Positions 56,901-64,000 of a stretch of 64,000 nucleotides of DNA are shown here, one piece after another. Made by a program: the position numbers and the translations under genes. Numbering within the stretch: position 1 is the first letter of the stretch; the number at the start of each line of letters is the position of its first letter. Below the pieces are notes generated by a model. That model made no database searches, was not told the DNA's origin, and saw only the letters and a program-made list of their open reading frames with translations. Source of the stretch: Klebsormidium nitens (Eukaryota; Plantae; Klebsormidiophyceae); contig DF237277.1 of the NCBI GenBank assembly GCA_000708835.1, positions 37,949 to 101,948 on the forward strand. Direction: 5' to 3'.

Positions 56901-58931
56901 CCGGTTCAACTTGTTGCGCTGTCCGCTTAACATTTGGTGCGTGAATTGGTGCGTTAAAAGCTCTAAACGCACCATGCGTAGTGAAGAAACTGGCAGGAAA
57001 GCAAACTTCGTTAACACATCCCGTCCTAAACTTCTGGGTACTCAGAAACCCGCTGCCACACCGTGATAGTGGCTGTGCGGGAAACAAAGAGTAGCCAGCA
57101 CAAGTGGCTTCTTACCGGTAGTCCAGGCAGGCCACGAGCACCCCCCTGTTGGCCAGGCGCCGCCCCAGTAGTGCCCCCCAGGCCTTGTACCCAATCACCC
57201 ATGCACCACCTGGACGTCCAGAACACGTCCTTATCGTGCTATTAGCATGGGTGACGCTGTTTGGCTTTGATGAAACGAGGACAAATCTTCAATGTCGCAC
57301 CGTTCAACTGTGGTGAAAGAGCTTGGTTGCACAAACGCACCTCGGAAGGGAGTCGGCAGTTTAGGTCCAGATTTTCACCTGTTACAAAGACGACCACGGG
57401 GCGGGGGCGCTGAAGGTGACCGGGAGGCATGTACAGGTCCAGCCTGCGCCAATGTTCAGCAGTCGGTTAAATTGGAACATACGGAAAAAAAGAGGTTTTA
57501 CATACTAAATGGATCATAGAAGTTCAAACTTTCACCAGTGCGTGGCAAAGGGATGAGGCATGTGCTTAGAAAGCGACTGTTAAGGTTTACCAGCGAGATT
57601 GGCCTTGGTTGTCAGCTTTGCTTGATGAGTGTATAATCTCAATTCACGTTGACTTACTAGATTCTCACCTATTCCTAGCCTTTGTTCCATACACGAGACT
57701 CCGATAGACCTGGGGCGACGTGTAGTAGAACCACACAACTGCAGGTGCCATTAGATCGTACTAGTTAGTTGAAATTTCTGCTCAAGGCTAAGAACACATC
57801 AGCGATTCTAGCAAACAATGCAATCAGCTTCCAGAAAGCTGAAAATGTATGACATGTCCTCTGCGCGGATTGACACAATTGGCGCACGTCTTGTCAGCAA
57901 ACAGGTTCTCCACCTCACCTTGCAAAAAGCCTGGCATGAGGAGGATGGCGAAGACGACAAGACTCCAGGCTTTGATGATCCACTTGTAACCAAACCTGCA
58001 AGACAGGGGGCCCCCATCAGTGTCTCTGGATTTCAAGATGCATGTAAGACTTTCCTGCAGCTTTCCTTTAGTGCCCACATTTGAGATGGAGCTGCCAAAG
58101 CTCCGTGTTCATTCAGCAACAAAAGCAGATTTTCCAGAGTTCCATGTCTGCAGACCTGTTGAGACAGACTTGCGGGGACAATCCTTGTCTGGATATTCAT
58201 AGATCCATCGGACTTGATCGCAGAGGTTGAGAGAGCACATTCGCTGTTGAAGCCTCACCCCAGTGCCCTGAGCAGTGTAATGGTGAATCCCAGCACCTCC
58301 ACACTTTCTCGATAGGAGTGGTGCAAGTTCTCCAGCAGGCTTCTTCGGGGGCCAATCAGGGCTGCCGCTGCATTGGTTACCCCCTGCAGCAGGGTTAACG
58401 CTTGTGTCAGAATCTGCTGAATGCCCCGTACTTTTCTTCGTCTTTCAATCGAACCAAAGCTGGAAGACTGATTGGGCCCCACATTCTTGTCCTGAATAGC
58501 TCGAACCCACGATTCTGACACAAAAAGGAAGATAAGCACCAATAAAGATGTGGAACCATAAGTCGCTGTCCAAACAGAAACCTTGGACCTGGAATTTGAT
58601 GTCGAGGGCAAGTGCATACAAAAAGTTAAGAATATGTAAAGGTGGAAGCTCCCAGATGATCGCATCAAGCAAGGGGCCATGCACCCAGAGACTGCAGAAA
58701 AAATGCAATCTCATTAGCTGCCTTGGAGAAGCAAAATTTTACCTGTCTTTCCACCTCTGAGCTGGCCTCCCCTGGTCCCACAGCCAGACACCCCGACCTT
58801 CGCCTTCCCAGTGGGCTAGGGGTGTGCATTCTTCGAGGACTGTCGGCCAGAACATCGGGGATACTAAGGTTGGAGGGGGGCAGCTTTCTGTGCACCAGAG
58901 TGCTCTCCTGCTGAGCTGCCATGGTGGTCAT
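53987..58931 (-). CDS. ICME: Isoprenylcysteine alpha-carbonyl methylesterase (ICME/ICMEL)
   Basis: Spliced motifs: [16 protein letters not shown]...[46 protein letters not shown] (nucleophile Ser), [43 protein letters not shown] stop. Confidence 0.93.
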
Positions 58932-60005
58932 GACCAGGATACCAGAGCTGAGCAAGCACTTTTAGGAACGACCCAATCCACACTTTTCGACAGCAGTGCG
59001 GCAATTGGTTGCCCTTAGATTATTTGCTTTCAAGAAGGCTGTGCCTTCACATCGAGCTGATGTTTTAGCACATCTGTGATGTGGGCAAGCATCACTGTCA
59101 AAAAAGTTCTGAGCGGCAGAGCTGGCGTCTTGGCGTCTTTGCACCCTGCAATTCTTTCACCCACGCAAGATTGCAGCTGAAATCTGGCACTGGCAGAGAA
59201 GGAGGACAACGGAAGAAGCGTGGCTGAAAGGTCTACCAACATATGGTTCAGTGGCGGCCCATGCCCATTCCAGCCAGCTCAGGCTGTAGCACTTTCACTG
59301 GAAGTGGAACAGATCAGTTTCAGAAGAGACGCCTTCCTGCTGACGAGGCTGGGTCAGACAAACCCCCAGCCCAAGAAACGGGTAACCCGGGTTATATGAA
59401 GCCAAGCGATAGTCTGACACAACCATACATTTATGGACTCCAGAGAAGTAACCACCAACTCTTATAATTAACCCAAACCAGCCCCCAGGAACTTTGGAGG
59501 GGGTTCCCCCAACACATTTCGGTGACGTCACCCACTCAGCATGTATATCAGCGTCACCACATGAGGTGGTCACAGCAAGAGCTGGGCACCCATTGGCATT
59601 GGCTCTTCAATGCATGAGATCAAAGGCAGACGCTACAGCAACGAAGAATACGAATACGTTTGTGACCTGGACCAAAGTAGGGATAAAATAGCTGGTTGTG
59701 GCCGTCGTAGCATGCATTGCAGCATTGCAAACGGGCGTGCTTGATCTTTGTGCCGTGGGCTTTCCAGGTGCTGGCAATCCCTGCCCTTTGACACAGACGA
59801 GGGGGCAAGTGAATGGTATTTTGGACGTGAAAGGGGCTTCAGGAGAGAAGTCTGTTAGTAAGAAGGCTCCTTCACTTTCTAATTACTAGTGGAGGCTGTT
59901 TTGGGAGATTAGCTGAAGCCAATCATGTCCTGAGCATGGCAACCGAAGCAGACTTGCTAACTAGGGGAGGTGCCGGAGGAGGGCACTTTGAGTGGATACC
60001 CAAGG

Positions 60006-63000
60006 ATGGCTTTTCTTGGGCTCGCGTGCCGGCTGAAACTGCGGCTTGCAAGTGCAAGGAGCATGTGTGTGAGTTCATGCAAGGCCTCAAGGCGACGGGT
60101 CTGTACTTTGCAAGGCAGTGCGATTAGAGGGCACCAGTTTGCGGAACAGGCTGGGGGCCGAGAGCACAAGTTTGACCCAGCTCTCCTCTTGTCGGGGCTC
60201 ACTCGCCAGTTCTCAACTTTCACCAGGTATCCAACCCATCCAGCACTAGATGTCACCCATGCTCGGTTTCTATCGCTCTTCTGAATATTCTACAAAAAGA
60301 TAATCTTTAGGTGCCAGGGTAAGAGCACAACTGCAAAGATCGAAGTTGCAGGATAAGAAAGCAGGACCGCTGTCCCCCTCTTCTGTTGCTCACTGTTTGA
60401 TGCGCCCCTCCTTGCTAACGACGTGTCCGCATCTGTCATCAGGAATGAAGCTGGCCTGCCTGTGGTGTGGCACCCAGCTTACAGTGCCCCCCTGTTGCCG
60501 TCGTCGCACCGCTTTCCAATGAAGATCTTCCAGACGATTTATGACAGACTGCTGGAGACAAAGGTGGTGCGACCAGAGCAAGTGAGTTGTGCACCATCGA
60601 AGTGCCACCCACAATAAGGAGTGCCTTCGAAAGGATTGACCTTGTGGTTGTTGCAAGACATGATTTTGTGAACGATGATGGTGGGGAAATGTTGGTCTGA
60701 CAGAGCTCTTACAAATTTTACGCCTGGGCTACTGAGCCGTCTCCATCAGATTGACTTCTTGAGAGAATCATAGGTTGATTCTACTTCATTCATGTCCTCA
60801 TGGCTGCCTCCCTCCAGGTCCATATTCCTGTTGAGCTGCCTTCCATGGAACAAATGAGCCTGGTGAGGCCAGCTTATATTGCCAACTTAACCATAGACCA
60901 CACAGCAGAGTGAATCCAACGTGATGCTGATGTATTGCAGGTCGGTCGACTTTGTGTAAAGTTTAGCATCTTCTGCGCTTCTTGATTGCAGTTCAACTTG
61001 TTGACAGTAGCTGAAGGAATTGCACGAGGGCCCCACATGAAACCTCAATTTGACCTTGATCTTCCCTGAGAGCGCCATATTGCACCATTGCCATGAACAC
61101 ACGTCTGGCAAAAAGCCTGACTCCCTTGCAGGTCCACGACCCCGAGTATGTGCGCGAATTCTGTGAGGGGACCTTGTCGGCCGCCAGCCTCCGCCGCATT
61201 GGCCTCCCCTGGAGCCCGGTGCTGGTGACGCGCACCCTGGCCGAAGTGGCAGGAACGCTGCTCACAGCGGAGCTGGCACTCGAGTACGGCCTCGCTTGCA
61301 ACACCGCAGGAGGTGCGTATGCAATTGCACCCTCAACTCTTATTTACATGTAAAACTGATCCTGATTCATCCGTCCTAGGATACCCACGTTGGCAAGGTG
61401 CAAGATCGGTCTGATTGTAAATGCTACAAATCTTGACCTGTCGCGGGCACAAACTTGAAGCAAGCCCGGAGTTACATGCGAACAACTCGGAATTGGTGAC
61501 CGCCCAGCAACACCAGGCAGATCCTGCAGGGTGTAAAGTCAGGTACGAAAGTTCCCAAGGTGTAAGCTTCACAAGCTTCATCTTTGTGTTCATTCTAAGC
61601 TGTCTCAATCCGGACAGACGTTAGATAGCTTCGTTTGAGAATCCCTGAGTCGCCCGTCATTGCCAGGTACCCACCATGCGTTCCGCGACTTCGGTTCCGG
61701 CTTCTGCATCATCAATGACCTGGCGGTGACGTCAGCAGTCCTACTGGAGCGGGGGGCTGTGTCCCGGGTCCTCATCGTGGACCTTGACGTGCACCAGGGA
61801 GACGGGACGGCCGCCATCCTGGCACACGAGCCTCGAGTGTTCACGATGAGCGTGCATGCCGCCTCTAACTTCCCAGCAAAGAAGCAGGTGCGCTCCCACT
61901 CCTTCTCGTAGCCACCAAGAAAGGCGGAGACGGAGGGCGATTTCCGCGGCTAAAACGTTCTCTTCCGGCGGACTAGAAGTACGGTGTAATTTCCACCTTC
62001 CTGAAGTCAACCGACAGAAAGTTGAGCGGACTGGCTATCAAAACTCCGAAAGATTTCTCGTTTACGAGCAGTTGCTTTGGCTCATCACGGCTTCTTGCTG
62101 TTTGCTACCATCTGGACGCTCCGATTGTTCCTGAGGCGCGGTTCCTCCTTCAGCGCAGTGATTTGGACGTTCCCCTTCCGGACGGCCTGGCCGACGAGGA
62201 ATACCTGGCGGTAGTGGCGGACCATCTTCCGCGGGTGCTCACGGATTTCCGGCCGGATCTCGTGCTGTATGATGCCGGGGTGGACCCGCACAAAGACGAC
62301 AGTCTTGGGAGGTGAAGCGTTTCAACCATGATAGGAGGGACTGGCCGTCACGATTCGGCTTCGTCAAGTCGCAATTATCCATGTCGGAAGAAGACGGGGC
62401 CGGAAGCGAGAGCTCGTTCACGTCTAGCACTTTTCCGACATGCATCTGGATCGGTACTCGAGGCGCATGTCTTGTGAGTCGTGACACTCAATCCAGCTAG
62501 CGAAACGATCTTTGCCTGTTGAGAACTCTCCGTCCACGTGACCTGCATCCCTTTGCTCGTGGTCTTTGCAGGCTATCGCTTACAGACGCAGGCCTCTTTC
62601 AGCGGGAGCGGATGGTAAGACTGGTTTCAGACGATCCAACGTTTTTGATACTTGAGGGCAGGCCGGGGTTTCAGTCCTTGCAGCCGGTCGGAGACGTCTC
62701 TGGTGACGGTCACAAGCCTTCATGTCAGATGCCGCATGTCGCAGCTTGAAACGTTTGACACGACTGGATTACAGACGCAGCGAGACACCAAACTCGAGCA
62801 GCTGTGGCAGCAGCATCTGAGCGGGTAATTCTCAACTTGCCGTCCTTGTAGGTCTTTGATACCTGCCTTGCATTTGGGGTGCCGGTGGCGGCGTACGTCG
62901 GAGGCGGTTATTCGACGGATCTTGACGTGAGCGAGCATCCCGAATAAGATATATGAGCGTAAACCGGACATTTGTATCGCTTTTATGTCCTCAGCATCCT

Positions 63001-63346
63001 CAGCTTTTGTGCGGTTCAGCCCATTCAGCTATCATTTCGTTAATGTACATTGGTACAGCGAATGACAATCATGGGTCATAACAGCAAAGAAGGTTTCGAA
63101 GCTTGAGTCAACTTCACTTATTCCTCGAATGATACTTTCATTGGTTGCCAACATGTAGGATGCATGTTGGACCGACTGCACTTCCAAGGAAAATTCAAGG
63201 GGCTTGATTAGGTACTTCGCGCACCATGCCAATGCCAATACGTTGCAAGCAACTAAACCCATCCCTTCCGGTTTCAGGTACTAGCAGCTCGCCATTGCTT
63301 CCTGCACCAAGCGGCAACTGAAGTCTATGCCCATCATCACTTTTGA
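60006..63346 (+). CDS. Zn-dependent deacetylase, class IV (HDAC11-like/bacterial-type), probable organellar transit peptide
   Basis: Exons begin 60006-60226 and 60443-. Motifs: HRFPMKIF, VHDPEYV, GG-THHAF, GFCIINDLAV, VDLDVHQGDGT, YDAGVDPH.DD.LG, GGGYS. The last exon is 63278-63346 (TGA). The N-terminus is Arg/Ser/Ala-rich. Confidence 0.9.
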
Positions 63347-64000
63347 TTGCTTCCAAGTGTTCGGGCTATGTGCAATGAGATGACTTTGGTTTGCGGGGTT
63401 GAAAAGGCGATGTCCATCTATCTACAATGAGGTGTGTTTGCAGTATCGCTCTCCGCATCGATCATGCCATCTTGTCATTCTTGCTCGATGAGAATGTTCA
63501 TCGTTGTCACCTCCCTCAGCCTAAGGGGGTGCAACACGAGTGATCACTTACAGCATGCAACAATACACGAAAATGCTTTCGGTATCAAGGGAACTTACCG
63601 GACGGCCAACAAACACCAAAACACTGATGACATCATCTCGGCCTCGGACCCGGAAATAAGTACTCCCGAAGTACTCCGTTTAGTGCATCAGTGCGTGCAA
63701 TGTTTTGATAAGATCGATCGTGATCTAGGTAGGACGATGAACAGCTCTCATTTTAACTCCGGCCGTCTGCATTCACGGGGCCGTATCCTGACTGACATAA
63801 CCCAAAGGTTAAAGCAGAACTGCTATGTACGTGCTAGTTGTGAATGCAGGGTAACTCGAACAATGTAACTAACCGCACATAACTGGCTTAACTTGTTGTA
63901 CGCCGGCCAGGCGTATCCATGCTGCAGTAACCGGAGCTTCAATTAAGACTGTTCATTATAAAGCATGTCTAGCATGATGGTATGCAAAACTGTGCCAGTG

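Noticed and set aside
59521-59532. GGTGACGTCACC palindrome between ICME and the deacetylase
   Set aside because: About 15 such 12-bp palindromes are expected by chance in the window, and this is a single site.

Overview
Eukaryotic, intron-rich (GT-AG), GC-rich genomic DNA. The gene content is plant-like (lpxC, ICME, PRP4K, ABCF3, AAACCCTA telo-boxes), and I infer a streptophyte alga such as Klebsormidium. The ORF track shows only exon fragments, so gene models were rebuilt by hand from splice sites and reading phase. Genes in order: lpxC (+, 5' partial); a SETD3-like methyltransferase (+, 15 phase-consistent exons); a coiled-coil/PHD-finger gene (-); PRP4 kinase (-); ABCF3 (+); a bacterial-type group II PLP (histidine-decarboxylase-like) gene (+); ICME (-); a class IV-like deacetylase (+). 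There are two bounded transposons. (1) A 6.2-kb Ty3/gypsy-derived LTR element (20056-26279, 4-bp TSD TTGG, LTRs 444/445 identical). It lacks gag, PR, RT and RNaseH and carries ~4 kb of unknown ORFs downstream of a broken integrase. (2) A 5.45-kb CACTA element (44256-49709, TSD TAA) containing a ~145-bp TGACGTCA array. The most unusual observation is the LTR element's ends. The 5' LTR lacks the terminal CGTCACA, and a palindromic CGTCACA-GC-TGTGACG site sits between the PPT and the 3' LTR. This is close to the pattern expected if a self-ligated 2-LTR circle were opened by integrase at an internal att palindrome. That is a hypothesis; a simple 9-bp deletion is the alternative.
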